DNA of 63,331 nucleotides, the filler included, from Octopus bimaculoides (lineage: Eukaryota): the NCBI RefSeq assembly GCF_001194135.2. It is 4 parts of 4 records of this genome, joined end to end, with 100 filler letters (N's around TTAATTAATTAA, not from the genome) between each part and the next. Parts side by side here need not be neighbours in the genome. Positions count along the whole stretch, not along the records: positions 1 to 31,608 come from NC_068983.1; 3 more parts are not named here. One strand, written 5' to 3'. Position numbers and translations under genes: made by a program. Positions 1 to 14,524 of the stretch are shown in pieces. The notes beneath the pieces were generated by a model. The model was given only the letters and a program-made list of their open reading frames with translations, did not search any database and was not told the DNA's origin. Within the stretch, counting starts at the first letter, position 1. Each line of letters opens with the position of its first letter.

Positions 1-68
1 CGGAAACAGGACAGTCCAAAGAAGGGAAGACGGAGGAAGAAAAAATCGCCAACGATATCCACGAGGTT

Positions 69-104
<36 letters not shown>

Positions 105-675
105 TATCATATATATATATATGTGTCCGTGTGTGTCTGTGTGTGTACGTGTGTATTTTAGCGAATATCATGCACATAGATGCATCATAAACATATATAT
201 TACACGTATAGTTAATACGTTTTTACAAAGGGTTTCATAGCATATTTTCTGCCAATCAAATTCCAATCGCAGAGCACTTGTTGACTGAAGACTCGAGCAA
301 ATCACTCTGGACCGTGCAATGCGATCTAATTCAAAACTACATAATACCTTTTTATCATCTTTATATACACTAATAATACAATAATGTAACGCATTGGGTT
401 CGTAGCCATGACCTCAATGTTACGAATCTAACCAAGACTGCGTCTTTCGTCCAGCAGTCTCACAGTGAATATCTTCAAGTGAACTGAATGTGAAGTAAAG
501 CGATAGACACAGTGCATTTTTGTTGTAGTAGTAGGTGTTGATGTCGTTATTTAGTCCGAAGACCTCTAAAACGTTTCTGCTGTTATGACGACTTTCGCGG
601 AGTTTGATTTACTCGGTTCTATGCATTAGGTTCAGGTTTGTGTTCTCTTGAAGTTTTCTTCCGTTCGTAGCATCA

Positions 676-716
676 GTTTCATCATCATCCTCATCCTCAT
701 CAGCAGCATCAGCATT

Positions 717-769
<53 letters not shown>

Positions 770-800
770 TATCATCATCATCAATAACAACAACAACATT
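676..800 (+). repeat. (CAT)n trinucleotide microsatellite with (AAC)n tail
   Basis: Direct run of catcatcat; explains the poly-D and poly-I ORFs at 609-878. Confidence 0.95.
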
Positions 801-2305
801 ATCAACTCCCGGACATGCCTGAGCTCGAATCCTCGAACTCATGCAACGGGTTGCTCAAATTCCAAGGTGTACAGGTGACGGAGGTCATAACACACCTGCT
901 GAACTTGTTGCAATTTTGATAAACAACACAATTTCGGTCATGGAATTGAAACCACGATCTTGTGATCGGGAATGCAGCTTCCTCCAAACAAAAGGCTTCG
1001 CACCTTTACCTGGCACCAAGATCAGAGGCCGCTAAAACGTTCATCGGCACACATCTTAATCTTTTGTAAAAGAGATGGATATAAACAAAGCATTAAAATG
1101 ATCACAATCAACAACTTAAAAATACTATGGTGGATTTAGCCGTCAAAATCAAATTATTTTGGGGATTGCATTCATTGTGATAATGTTTAGGTAAAATAGT
1201 TATACATACGGCATAAAACACTAAAATGCTAAAGTAAAATTGATAATACGCTGAAAGAAAATGATGTAGTTCGGCATCAAATGTAATTTCTTTCTCTTCC
1301 AATTAAGTAAGGGAAGCAACTTCGGACATGTTTCTCTAACACTAGATTTTATCAGCGGGCAACAACTATGGATATGTTTTCTTTACATTACACGTTTTCA
1401 ACGGAAGAGAGGAGCCTCACTTTAAGCTGATGGATTTTATAATAAATGAAGTACAAATAAATGCACGATAACGTTTTGCTACGACCACGTTGCTGCAGTG
1501 ATGCTACACAACATATATCGCCATACCTCTCAGGAAATTACATGTAAATTATATTATCGGGAACTTCTACCTGGTCTCTTCACGGCATCAGCAATAAAAC
1601 TGGTACATGGCGCAGTTTAGTTATTCATACAAGACACGATAGAACAATCATGGATAGAAAGCTTATGACCATAAATTAACTCTATTAGACCTGATCTAGG
1701 CTAAACACTAACAACAACAACACTTCCAGTTCAAAACTAGATAATAATACATCCGTACAGGTGTACTAAAGGGCATTTGAGATATATAATAAAAGTGTAT
1801 TATTAGTGTGTTTTACTTTAACCCTAACTTAAGGTCACTGAGCAACATAATATTTTTTACTTTTCTATGTACGATTTATTCCTATATTTGTTCAAGCCTT
1901 TGCTCTTAATATCGTTTTGTATGTTTTCATCTTCATAATTATTTAGTTGCACATTAATATATTTCTGTTGATCTGCTTAAAGGCAAACGAACCAAGTGAC
2001 TTTATTAATTTTTTTTACTATATTACGCGGTACAAAAATGCCGAAAGGTTATAAAGCTCGAGTGGTCAATTGATATGTGTTTCTGCGCATACTTCAGCAG
2101 ATGTGTTCAAATATACATTCAGAAATATGTGTGCGTGTATCTGTATATATATATATATATATATATNNNNNNNNNNNNNNNNNNNNNNNNNNNNNNNNNN
2201 NNNNNNNNNNNNNNNNNNNNNNNNNNNNNNNNNNNNNNNNNNNNNNNNNNNNNNNNNNNNNNNNNNNNNNNNNNNNNNNNNNNNNNNNNNNNNNNNNNNN
2301 NNNNN

Positions 2306-2346
<41 letters not shown>

Positions 2347-2804
2347 CGTGTATCTGTGTGTGTGTGTTTGACGTTAGATCGCTGGACCAGAAAATATCTT
2401 ACTAAATAATAAACAAAAAATTGGTTAAAAAAATACGAAGAAACGTTTTTAAATCTTCGAGAAATATTCTAACACAATGGCTTTTCTTTCTCTGATCTCA
2501 TCCAAAAATCAATGATGCAAAATTTGAAACTGTATACTTTGATGTCTTTAAGTAGAAGAAGCTGATGTCTAGATAATTTGAGGAGTCGATCAAATCGAAT
2601 ATCAAAAGCTAGACGGTAAGTTAAAGTAGAAACTGAGTTTATCATAGTTATTTACAACCATTGATTTATCGAAGTTTTTGGCGTTTGATATTAATCTTCA
2701 ATGACATACATATACACAGACACACAGACACACACATATACACACACACCTATACATATATCTTTCAAAGAAGATTCATATCAAAAGTGTCTCAATTATT
2801 TATT

Positions 2805-2873
<69 letters not shown>

Positions 2874-4269
2874 GTTAGTGTCTGTGTATTTGTGTGCGTG
2901 TGTATATGTGCATATATACATATGAAAATACGTGCCTAATCAGCATTTAATACGCACGTACATACACAACTATAATTGTTGCTTAGTTTTCTTTTAGTTT
3001 TCTTAGTTTGTTAGTAATATAATTCGCAGATGGGTATTATCTTTGTTGTGTATTCATATACGCCTCTCAGCCATTCTCTATTATTTTTTCCTTAAGAATA
3101 TCTCTATATAGAAACATCCACATTCCTTGTTTCCTAAATAGTTTTCAAGGTATATGAGTACGGAAGCGGATTGATGGAAACCGCGAGCAGAAGCTGTTGA
3201 ATATGATGTTTATGTTGACTTCCACCTGGTAATGTATTCTTATTTTTGTAGAATTTTTAACTACATATACATGAAAGTGGTAACATCTATTTATATCCCT
3301 AATGAATAATTTATAAACAAATATTAATTATTAATAAATTTATTTAATTTTCAACCTTCAAATAAGAGGAATTGAAATATTTATCTTGATATTAAAAGTG
3401 TTATCTCACGGAATCTCCTTGGCAACGAAAATGAATTGCATCTTTTTTAAGTATTTCAGATTCAAACAATTGTCGATCAACTTAACATCACAAGAAATGT
3501 GCATGTGTACGAATTAATGCAGAGAAATGGAGAACCAATTAGGCACTGCTACTTCTTACTCCATCACAAAAGCTACTCTGGTCTTTAACAAATAAACCAT
3601 CACACTCACAATTTCAGTTTAGCGATACTTCTCTAGTCGCAAGTCATTCCTGGTAAAGCAAATCTTTATCAAACATTTTTCAGATAGAACATTTCCACCA
3701 GATGAGGGATATGCTGGGATATGTTATTTGGTGCTTTCGTCCCACTCCTTCAAGATAACAGCTTGTGGTTGAAAGAGATTTAGCTTAACTATCACTCATT
3801 CGTTATATTGTCTAATGCTTGGTATATAGTAATGATACGTCAAAATTAACTGCTGGTTAGGCACCTAAAGCGTTTGTTAGCGTTTAAATTACATGATGTT
3901 TATGTTAAGACGTGTGAGCTATAATAATGTTTTCTTAATATGTACAGCATTTGTGTCTTTTCGTTGTTGCAGGAGACAAGATTAGAGTGACCCTATTGAA
4001 GGATGTTTCTGAGATCGCTGCTCATATATACAGTACATATTGAAACATGAGGTGTCTAGGTTACGTTCGGATGACTCTTCGCTGTGAAATGCTAGAGAAG
4101 AATAAAGGGAACCCCAATATAATAGTATGTGTGTTGTTCGAGGTGACGGCAAGTAATTGATTGTAGTGTGGGACCAGAAACGAACCCCGTCGCACGCCAA
4201 AGTTTATAGAGCATGGTAAGAGAGAGTTCCAACACATCCATGAAAGTATGAGATGGCAGAAATATCCTA

Positions 4270-4920
4270 ATCAAAAGGGCAATACAAGGTTTAAGCTCAC
4301 AAGTGGACACTTTCGATAGATTTCATACACGATTGAAGGCATTGCTGTTTCTAAGGGTTCAACAGTGCTTTCAGTTAATTTCTTGAAAACTAGAGCCCAC
4401 ATTTGAGTAAAATTGGAAAGTATGTCTCCAAGAGATTTGTAGAGGCCGTGCTTGTTCTCATTAATGAGGAAGATTTAAGCTTTCAGAATGTTATTCTTAA
4501 TGATTGTTCTTATTACGTTTGATGTACAGGAAATGAGTATACTTGGGCAGGAGATGTGTGTAATTTTAAGTATAGGTACACATCACGAGATAACGAAACT
4601 TTTAGAAAGAAAAAGAGTCGTTGCGTTTGATGAGGATAGGCGCTAGCTTTTGGTAGCAATGAGTGAATGTAATGGAAAAGCGATTATCAAAGCTAGTAGT
4701 AATGTTCACTAAACGCCATTGGGGATATTTTTGCCCTTGGCGTGTTCTTGAACCAGTGGAGTGGAAATGGATAGTTTTGAGGAGAGATTTACATAATGTG
4801 TGCATTGTTGATTTGGATGCAAAACAGGCAAAATCAGTGGAGATTTCCTCCGCTGCAGAATTGATTACAAAGAAAACATCTTTACGTTGAATCGGTAAAG
4901 TGGGATTTAAGGCTTAGAGT
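4270..4920 (-). mobile_element. Highly degenerate CR1/Jockey-like LINE reverse transcriptase relic
   Basis: Manual minus-strand translation across stops and frameshifts gives AEEISTDFACFASKST...HCYQKLAPILIK...VPILK...KSLGDILSNFTQMWALVFKKLTES. This follows the order of CR1/Jockey RT N-terminal blocks (FASxSTL, CAPELAPIL, VxPIPK, RSTGDLL). Boundaries approximate. Confidence 0.5.
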
Positions 4921-7860
4921 GGGAAACATCTGTATCCATAACGTTTATACTCTTTCTCAATATTGAGTGGAATATCGTGACTAAAAGGTTGCTTCTGCAA
5001 TAGAAGCCTCATGGCAACTGGAGACATGATCCAAATTCTTGTAACATACATGACTGTGACAACTTCGCCCAAGAAATTTCCTAATTCTCGTGTAATCGAT
5101 CGATAGATGAGAGGTACAGTCCAAAATGTTGGGTCGATTCAAGGCTTTGGTAAAATACATTTACTGAAATGCCACGCAATGTGATCTCGAACAGAATTAT
5201 AGGATTATGATGGGAATTACTTAAACATACAGACATGTTTGTGTCCGCCATAGAAAGCTTTGAAATATAGTTCTTAGAAAACATTGTCACAAAGACCGAA
5301 ATGAAACAGCACAACGAGCTGGATATTGTAGTCGTTCTTCAGAAGTAACAAGTATTGTAAAGTAAGGTGACATATCCATTTAATACTAAAATCATGACAA
5401 TAGTAAAAGAAATGTAAAGTGTTATACGGATATGAATGATAAAATTCTAAAATAATTACCAGTTGAGAACTGGGATCGATGTAATCGATTTATCTCATTC
5501 CCGGAAACTGCTAGCCTTGTGCAAAAATTTCAAACTAATATTACTAATGTTGTCTCAGTAATAAATCAAATCTTTGCTGAGATATTAATTACTCTTTAAC
5601 TAATTTCTTTCCTTATCCATAATTCCATGATCAAATTCTTCACGCCACGAACAGCCATCATTTTAGTAGGTGTCTAAGATTACAATGTTACCTTTATTTT
5701 TTAAGTTTGTAGGGTGTAACTTGAGGGAAAATTGATTACTACATTTAGCGGATTAAGCGATTTTGACGAGTTTCCTTGTTTGAAATTTATTTATTTATTT
5801 TTGTTTGTTTTTTTGTTTTTTCAATTTTGATTTTTATTGCAATTGATTACACGACGATATCGCTGATTCCTTATTTTCAAAAAGGCAATCACTAACTCAT
5901 TTCATTTCGATGTAACAAGCGAGTGCCTATAACCAGGTTCCTACCACGTACCACAAATGGCTTCGTTGAAAAGAATCTGCGTTTCTATTTTTACCATTGA
6001 TTTTTACACCATTTAGCACCGAACATTGGCTCAAGACATACAAACATACGTCCACCAAATTCCAAGCATAAAATATTCGTCAACCTACTCATCTAAGATT
6101 TCATACAGACAGATCGAATTCGGAACTTGATGGTTGGGAAACGAGCATATTAACCACGCAACAATGTTTGCCCATCAGATTTCGAACTTATTTCAAGTGC
6201 AACCTTAGATACATTAATCGACTCAGTTGTGACTAACCTTGTTTTACTGTAAATTAGTTTTTATCCCTATTTTGCGTCTTTGCTACTTTTCTACCGTGGA
6301 TTAAGTAAACTGAAATTTCCATGTTTGCATTCTCCTCTTTCACCCTTCCTTGCTTTTTTTTTTTTTTGTGATTGTGTGTAATCAATTGTCAAGTATAACA
6401 CAGCCATTCAAACCTGATACGTTTTGCAGGCTGAACGTCCTTTATATATATTTATTAATCAATTTTATTTATCTTTTTTTTTGTCACCAACGGACATACC
6501 TCGATCCTAAATAATACACGAACAAAAATTTTTAGATTCTTAAGTTGAATTATGCTTAATTTTTTACACACGTTAAAATACAGTTTCATAATAAAATATT
6601 AAACAAAATCTCCCTGCGGAAACAAAAATTATTCAAATATTCAAAAAATAATATTAAAAAATATGCATGCAAAAAATGTTCATACAATTCGAGACAAGTA
6701 CACTTTTTATTTATTTTTAGATCAATAATNNNNNNNNNNNNNNNNNNNNNNNNNNNNNNNNNNNNNNNNNNNNNNNNNNNNNNNNNNNNNNNNNNNNNNN
6801 NNNNNNNNNNNNNNNNNNNNNNNNNNNNNNNNNNNNNNNNNNNNNNNNNNNNNNNNNNNNNNNNNNNNNNNNNNNNNNNNNNNNNNNNNNNNNNNNNNNN
6901 NNNNNNNNNNNNNNNNNNNNNNNNNNNNNNNNNNNNNNNNNNNNNNNNNNNNNNNNNNNNNNNNNNNNNNNNNNNNNNNNNNNNNNNNNNNNNNNNNNNN
7001 NNNNNNNNNNNNNNNNNNNNNNNNNNNNNNNNNNNNNNNNNNNNNNNNNNNNNNNNNNNNNNNNNNNNNNNNNNNNNNNNNNNNNNNNNACACACACACA
7101 CACATACTCACACACACACTCTCTCACACACACACACTTACACACACACACACACACTCACACACACTCACACACACACACTCACACACACTCACACACA
7201 CACACACATATATATGTATGTATATATAATATGTGAGTGTGTGTGTGTGTGTGCGCGTAGGAAACCGAAAAAACTTTATGAAAACGAAAAGAATGATGAA
7301 AAAAGTAAAAAAAAGAAAATTAATAAATGAAACAGAAAAAGAAAAGAGTGAAGGAAAGACGGAAGGAAGGAAGGAAGGAAGGAAGGAAGGAAGGAAGGAA
7401 GAGAGGGAGGAAAGTGGGAAGAGAAGCGGGACGGGAGAAAATGTAAGAAAGAGAGGATAATCAGAGAAAGGTTGAGTTATGATTGAAATAGAGACTGATA
7501 AATTTATACAAATGCGCGCACATTTATATATACATATACATACATGTATGCACATACACACACATATGTATGTGTGTGCGAGTGTGTGTGTGTTCATGAG
7601 CGTGCGTGTGTGTGTCTGAGCAGCAAAAGGAAGAAATTGAAAGGAATGAATGAAAAATCAGAAAGAGAGAAAATGAGAGAAGGTGTATTGAAAAGTAGTA
7701 AATAAATGAGACCACGTGAGAGAATGTGGATTAATATAAAAGTGTTTGCACGAGTGTATGTGTAAAAGTTTGTGTATTTGTACGTGTTTGTGTCAGGATA
7801 AGAGGTTGAGAAAGGAAAGAAAGAAAGAGAAGAGAATGAAATGGATGTATTTCATGGAAT

Positions 7861-7927
<67 letters not shown>

Positions 7928-8074
7928 CAAGCACGCACAAATACACATACATACACACATTTATATATATATATGCACATACACATAGAGAGGAAGAAAG
8001 AGGAGTTATATATACATATAAATATGTACATGTAGTTAAAAACGTTTATATGCTTAGTGTGTGTATGTGTGAGT

Positions 8075-8115
<41 letters not shown>

Positions 8116-8163
8116 NNNNNNNNNNNNNNNNNNNNNNNNNNNNNNNNNNNNNNNNNNNNNNNN

Positions 8164-8208
<45 letters not shown>

Positions 8209-10004
8209 TGTGTGTGTGTAATGTTTTGTTTACCGATCCTCCAGGCATTGATTCCGGAACAATAGACAGCTTTAACCAACTTAAATAGTTCGACATTAGA
8301 ATGACCATTTCGAGGTCTTATTAACGGATATTAATCTACTCTGAATAGCAGCCGAAAGCTGTGTAATATTCATGATTGCAGTGGGACTTAGCCAAAAGCG
8401 GGTTTTCGGAGATTGGTGGTGAGATACGTTTAGCGGGAGTAACGTTTCTTGTATTAACGAGAGTTAATATAAAGAGTTTCTCAGTACTGTAATTACATCT
8501 AAGACGCAATACTGCAACAAATTTATATTAAAGGAAAGTTATTTTGTCTTTCTATCTTTCCTTTCTGAATCTGCATACACAGACACAAACTTCGGTAGCG
8601 CACCACAAATTTATTTCTCGAACCCATACATATGTATGTGTGTGTATGTATATAGGCAATTCTTTCATTCGTTTTACTTTAGACTTTAGTAATAAGGGGT
8701 TTATATGTTAAGTTTCTCTAAATAGAGAAAGAGGTTATGAGTCGCAGATGCCACTCCTGCACATCCCGCTTTTTTTCTGTCCGCAGTGATACATCACATA
8801 AAGGTCGGGTGTTTAAATTTAAACGCTCCATAGAATGCTAGGTGTATAACTATATGTCTATATTTTAAACTACAGAATATATGAATATATATNNNNNNNN
8901 NNNNNNNNNNNNNNNNNNNNNNNNNNNNNNNNNNNNNNNNNNNNNNNNNNNNNNNNNNNNNNNNNNNNNNNNNNNNNNNNNNNNNNNNNNNNNNNNNNNN
9001 NNNNNNNNNNNNNNNNNNNNNNNNNNNNNNNNNNNNNNNNNNNNNNNNNNNNNNNNNNNNNNNNNNNNNNNNNNNNNNNNNNNNNNNNNNNNNNNNNNNN
9101 NNNNNNNNNNNNNNNNNNNNNNNNNNNNNNNNNNNNNNNNNNNNNNNNNNNNNNNNNNNNNNNNNNNNNNNNNNNNNNNNNNNNNNNNNNNNNNNNNNNN
9201 NNNNNNNNNNNNNNNNNNNNNNNNNNNNNNNNNNNNNNNNNNNNNNNNNNNNNNNNNNNNNNNNNNNNNNNNNNNNNNNNNNNNNNNNNNNNNNNNNNNN
9301 NNNNNNNNNNNNNNNNNNNNNNNNNNNNNNNNNNNNNNNNNNNNNNNATATATATATATATATATATACATACATACTGACATGTACGCAAAAGTTTGTC
9401 TACCCACATAAACTACAAAATAATTAGTAAACACAACACAGCTTGCCACACATCATGTGATGTCACTCCTTCAAGTAGCAAAACGTATCTTACAGCTTCA
9501 GTCTGTTCAGTGGAAGGTGGAAGGAAATCAGTGATATAATAAATAGTAAAATCAAATGTAAAACCCGGAATTTCAAAAGACTTACAACTCATCAATGTAA
9601 TAATATTTCTCCTTATATATTATTCGTCTAAAACACCAAGGTCATATTTAGCTAGAAGACGTCAAAATGCCTTACAACTACTCATGCACACTTTCCCCAA
9701 AACTCTACACGCTGAATAATTGTTATATTTATTACATCATTACAATTTGACAAAAACTTACCCATAGCAGATCAACATAAATTCATATACGACTTAAGAA
9801 TTCTTTAAAATATCCTAAAAGTAAGTGGTCTTTGATATCATCAAGACTTATATTTTCCTTTTCAATTCACAATAGCTTTTTGTCAATCACAACATTACTC
9901 ACAACCTTACAGAACTAACTACTTTCATAACTAAACGCTATTATGCATAATCATTTACCATTAACACTAGAAAACCTTTTGACCACATTCACAACTTATA
10001 TACA

Positions 10005-10859
10005 TTAGAAGTCTAATCAATAAGTATCCGGAATCTTACCATAGTAACGAAGCTAAAGCACGCAGAGTGAACCCGCTGAGGAAAGATTGACCTTAAACAC
10101 TGCTGTGCATGCGCACTAAGTTTTAATGTTCCGCTGCTTACAACATTGCTTGGAAGGAAGGTGTGTAGCGTGTGATCATGGCATTGACCATGACAGAAAA
10201 AGTTGTTATGTTGGTACATGCTCATTGGCCAACGCTAAGTTGCAGAAAATGTATGGAGAGGAGTGTATGAGCCACATACAAGTGTGCGAGTGGTTCAGAC
10301 GTTTCCAAGATCGCCGAACAAAATGTCGATATTGACGAACGTTCTGGGAGAGCCGCAACCAACGGAACTGAGAAAAACATCGCAGTTGTGCGTGCAGCTG
10401 TGAGGGGAAATCGTCGAGTCACCATCCGTGAGTTATCAGCGGCTGTGCAGATTAGTTACGGTTCAGTTCATTATGACTGAAAATTTGTGCCAAAACTGCT
10501 TTCAGCTGACCAAGACGACATGTGGATTTCAATTGCATAAGATCTCCTTGACTGCATTGAGAACGATGAAAACCTTTTGAAAATTTGCGTAGGCTTCTGA
10601 GCAGGTATCGCCAAGCTTTTGGCAAAATTTGATAGGGATTCTCTGCTCAAATTTCTCTATCGTGGTCAATGCAACCATTAAACGATACACACCTTTCTTC
10701 CAAACACTGCTGTAAACAACGTAAGTAAACTAGAATGTTCAAACTTAGTGCGCATGCACAGCAGATTTCAAAGTCAATCTGTGGCAAGCGGTTTTATTAT
10801 GCATGCTTTAGCTTCATTACTATAGCAACAGTCCGGATACTTATTGATCAGACCACGTA
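10005..10859 (+). mobile_element. Fold-back mariner derivative: left end plus 5' transposase, closed by an inverted second left end
   Basis: Plus-strand relic LQKMYGEECMSHIQVCEWFRRFQD..ERSGR..RRVTIRELS..FVPKLLSADQ..ENDENLLK. The right arm, read on minus, repeats the left arm (TCAATAAGTATCCGGA..GCTGTGCATGCGCACTAAGTTT) and gives EKFEQRIPIKFCQKLGDTCSEAY. Ends in TA at 10858-10859. Confidence 0.85.
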
Positions 10860-11977
10860 CAACACAAATTATACGAAATTTGTTTAAAATAAAACGAAAT
10901 ATCCTGGCTAGAGATTACTCATCTGCTTAGGCAGAAAATTGTAACAGCGCACTTGATATGTAAAAGCATTTTCAATGAGCCTGCATACAAACCATATGCA
11001 GAGTATCACATGCAAATGATATATTAAGCGATACATTGTCATTATCGACCTGCTAGAAACTTATCTCCAGATAATTAAACTGAAATTAGTACAGCTTATT
11101 ACAACTACATCAAAGAACGTCAAATACTAGTAACGATGGATTGAATAACACAAACATAATACGCATAATGAAGAGGAAAAATTCTGAGAATTATTATAAC
11201 TTCACTGCGACATTTACAGAAGAAAGAGGACGACACAAATGCGCTTTCAGGACATTCATGAGCGTCACGTTTAATCAGCACAGAATAAAACCATACCAGT
11301 GTCCAAACAATGTCAGGTCAATTATGATTTATATCCTTTCTGGTTGGGTTTCTAATCCAGACAGATCGAGTCAGAAATCACAATGAAAGGCAAAATAACA
11401 TCTCTCATATGGGTGTAAATTGCATACAACACCCACAGATAAAACACTCATGATAAAAAAAATACACTCGTAATAAAAAAAAAAACATCTCTGCATGAGT
11501 GTGGGGTTTCCGTTGTAGCAGCAATTTTCAAACCACATAGTTATACGTATACAACAAAGCCAGAATAGTATAATAATACCATCAATAGGATAATCTAAAC
11601 GACTCTACAATTGCGTTGTTAGGAATAGCAGAGAAATCCTCTTCTTAATCATACATTGCTCTCTTAAATGGAAGATAATTTAGAGAACGTATCCTTAGAT
11701 TTACCATGGCTACAATAGAAACGAGTTACTGATACTTATCCTAGGTTATACAATGCCAAATAGCCATACAATAGCATCCTAAAATCTTTCTTCCTTCTTC
11801 ATAAAATACAAAATACATATTCACGTAATATAGCTTCATCGTCAATTAATTAATAATAAACATTCCCGAATTATATTCGACAGATATAAGAGCTGAGGAG
11901 TAATAAGCATTTACCTCGCTAGCTCCTGCTGTAGCTAGTACATGAACCTACAGGCATACAGCCATAAGAGGACTGGC

Positions 11978-12013
<36 letters not shown>

Positions 12014-13354
12014 NNNNNNNNNNNNNNNNNNNNNNNNNNNNNNNNNNNNNNNNNNNNNNNNNNNNNNNNNNNNNNNNNNNNNNNNNNNNNNNNNNNNNNN
12101 NNNNNNNNNNNNNNNNNNNNNNNNNNNNNNNNNNNNNNNNNNNNNNNNNNNNNNNNNNNNNNTATATATATATATATATATATATTGGTGGAAATATATT
12201 GTGCCATGTATGTTCCACAGCACGACATACGACGAACCACTACATGTTTCAGACTACTGCATATTTCTGACTTAGTGTTGTTACCGAATATAAAGAGTTT
12301 TGTATTTGTGGAGTGCATCTATGTTTACTTGATCAGTGCCAATAGGAAGTTATACAACACCAAGAATAGAAGATTTACTGTGTTGGTCTCTTAGTCGCTA
12401 AAGACCTTTCTTCTGCTCACTGAACTGTAAGAATTTAGCCTTAATCTATTTTATTCATTACCAGATTTCTCTTTATAATTAAATAGCAATTATCCGTATG
12501 TCCATTCTTGGCTCTGTAGTAACTCTGCAGGATAACTTCAATTTATGTGCCTTGTCTGAAATCGATGTGTATAACTGGATATGAAAACCGAGAGAGTAAT
12601 TATGAATATTACCAGTGGAAGTAAAATTGTGAAGCTCACCGCCGGATGAAAGGAGTAAAAATTATCGCAACAGAAAACAATTAAATTTAAATGTTTCCTT
12701 GTTCCTTTAGTTGGCGATGAGTAAGTTTGCAAGCCGGTCCTTAGAGTGAATTTCCCAAAATGAATTGAATGAGTGATAAATATCGCGATACATATTCCTG
12801 GATTATCTAATAAATATTTGTATCAACTGGTTGAACTGCAGGAATGTAAAATAAAGACAGATTCTCAGAAATAAAATGAAACGTTACTTTAGATTTGAAC
12901 TCAAGATACATAAAAGCTCCAATATTTTCCCGTAAATCTTACCTTACAAATAGCAAGAACTAATAAACTTGAGATAAAAACATTCTTATCAGTTTGATTG
13001 GACGATAGCGGGTGTCGTAATGCAGTCTCTTGTAACCAATACCATACATTTTGTTCAAGTTACAGGTAACCTCGTTCTCATCCTTTAACATTCTCATAAA
13101 CCCTACATAAGCGTTAGAGTTAAAATCCTAAATGTTTATCTATCCAATTGGAGAAATATTTGGTTTTATGTGTCCAAAAAATCACCGAGGGTAGACTAGT
13201 TCATTTTATACTCCCTGGTCATTGTTGTTATTGTTGTTTTTGATGTTATCATTACTGTTTTCATTGTTAACTATTGTTGCTGAAGAACAAGCTAACGGAA
13301 AAAGGAAATTGCCTATGACAAGGATTTACAATAACAAAAGGGAATATTCTTTTC

Positions 13355-13520
13355 TACCCTAGGCACAAGGAAATTTTGGAGAGGGAGCCAGTTAATTAGA
13401 TCGACCACAATATGCAACTGGTACTTAATTTATTGACCACAGAAGGATGAAAGGCAAAGTCGACCTCGGCGGAATTTGAACGTAAAGACAGACGAAAAAC
13501 CGCTAAGCATTTCACCCGTA
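13355..13520 (-). mobile_element. SINE family A fragment
   Basis: Shares GGATGAAAGGCAAAGTCGACCTCGGCGGAATTTGAA with the full copies at 37314 and 38691. Confidence 0.8.
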
Positions 13521-14430
13521 ATAAAATCTTAACAGATTATCTTTTAAATGTTAACCTTTTGCCTTTTACTGGCTTCAGTCATTGCACTGCAGCCATGCTA
13601 GGGCACCAGCTTGAAGAGTTGGTTTTAGTCGAAAAAAGATCAACCCCATTACTTACGGCTTTTCTTATTTTTGCATTCCTTTTCGAAGTCTGGTATTTAT
13701 TGTATAGGATCGTATGTTACAGGGACATAAACAGACAAGTAAACCAGCAACTGTTACCAATTGTAGAGATGTGAAACACAGACACAAAGACACACACACT
13801 CACAAGTCACTGGTCATTCCACGGCTACAGTAGAAGACAATTGGCCAAGGTGCAGCGCATTGGAACTCAACCCGAAACAACGTGCTTTCAAAGCGAGTAT
13901 TTTAACCACATCACCATTTCCACGTACGTCTAACGTAAAGAAATTCTGACTACAAAATCTTACAAAGTATCATGAACAAATATATTCCCTCCAATCAGGT
14001 ATTGATAAGGTAATAAACACCCAGAGAAAAGGATATACAAACTACTTGAGAATCGCATGCAAAAGGTAAACGGAGATAATAAAGACAGGAGATTATATTA
14101 ATCATTATACAGAAGTAGACCAAAACAATAGCAATCAGCTAGCAAAATATTAATACAGATTTTTTTTTTTCGTATATAGACGATTAATCTCATCTTCTAT
14201 AAAACTGCATTATGGTCTTAACATAATAGCTTTCCCTTTGATCTATCATTATGAAAATCTAATAACTTCTTCTGAATAAACATAAACACTATCTATCTCA
14301 CCTTCTCTACCCCGCTCCCTCATTCTATATATGTGTGTGTATGCGTGTATATGTGTGTGATATGTAAATTATATATACTTACATATCTCTCAATCTACCT
14401 ACTTAACTTTCTATCTATTTATCTTCCTAA

Positions 14431-14433
<3 letters not shown>

Positions 14434-14521
<88 letters not shown>
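14434..14521 (+). repeat. (CT)n microsatellite
   Basis: Direct observation. Confidence 0.95.

Positions 14522-14524
<3 letters not shown>

Noticed and set aside
1-75. Edge of a dispersed repeat whose minus strand ends TTTCCG at the window boundary, possibly leading into a hammerhead core
   Set aside because: The decisive bases lie outside the window.
11141-11386. ORF with HKC..H..KPYQC, reminiscent of a C2H2 zinc-finger linker
   Set aside because: Cys/His spacing does not form a finger, and there are no neighbouring fingers or splice support.
12937-12975. 17-nt minus-strand microexon-like segment (xLAICK)
   Set aside because: Moderate splice signals, within chance expectation.
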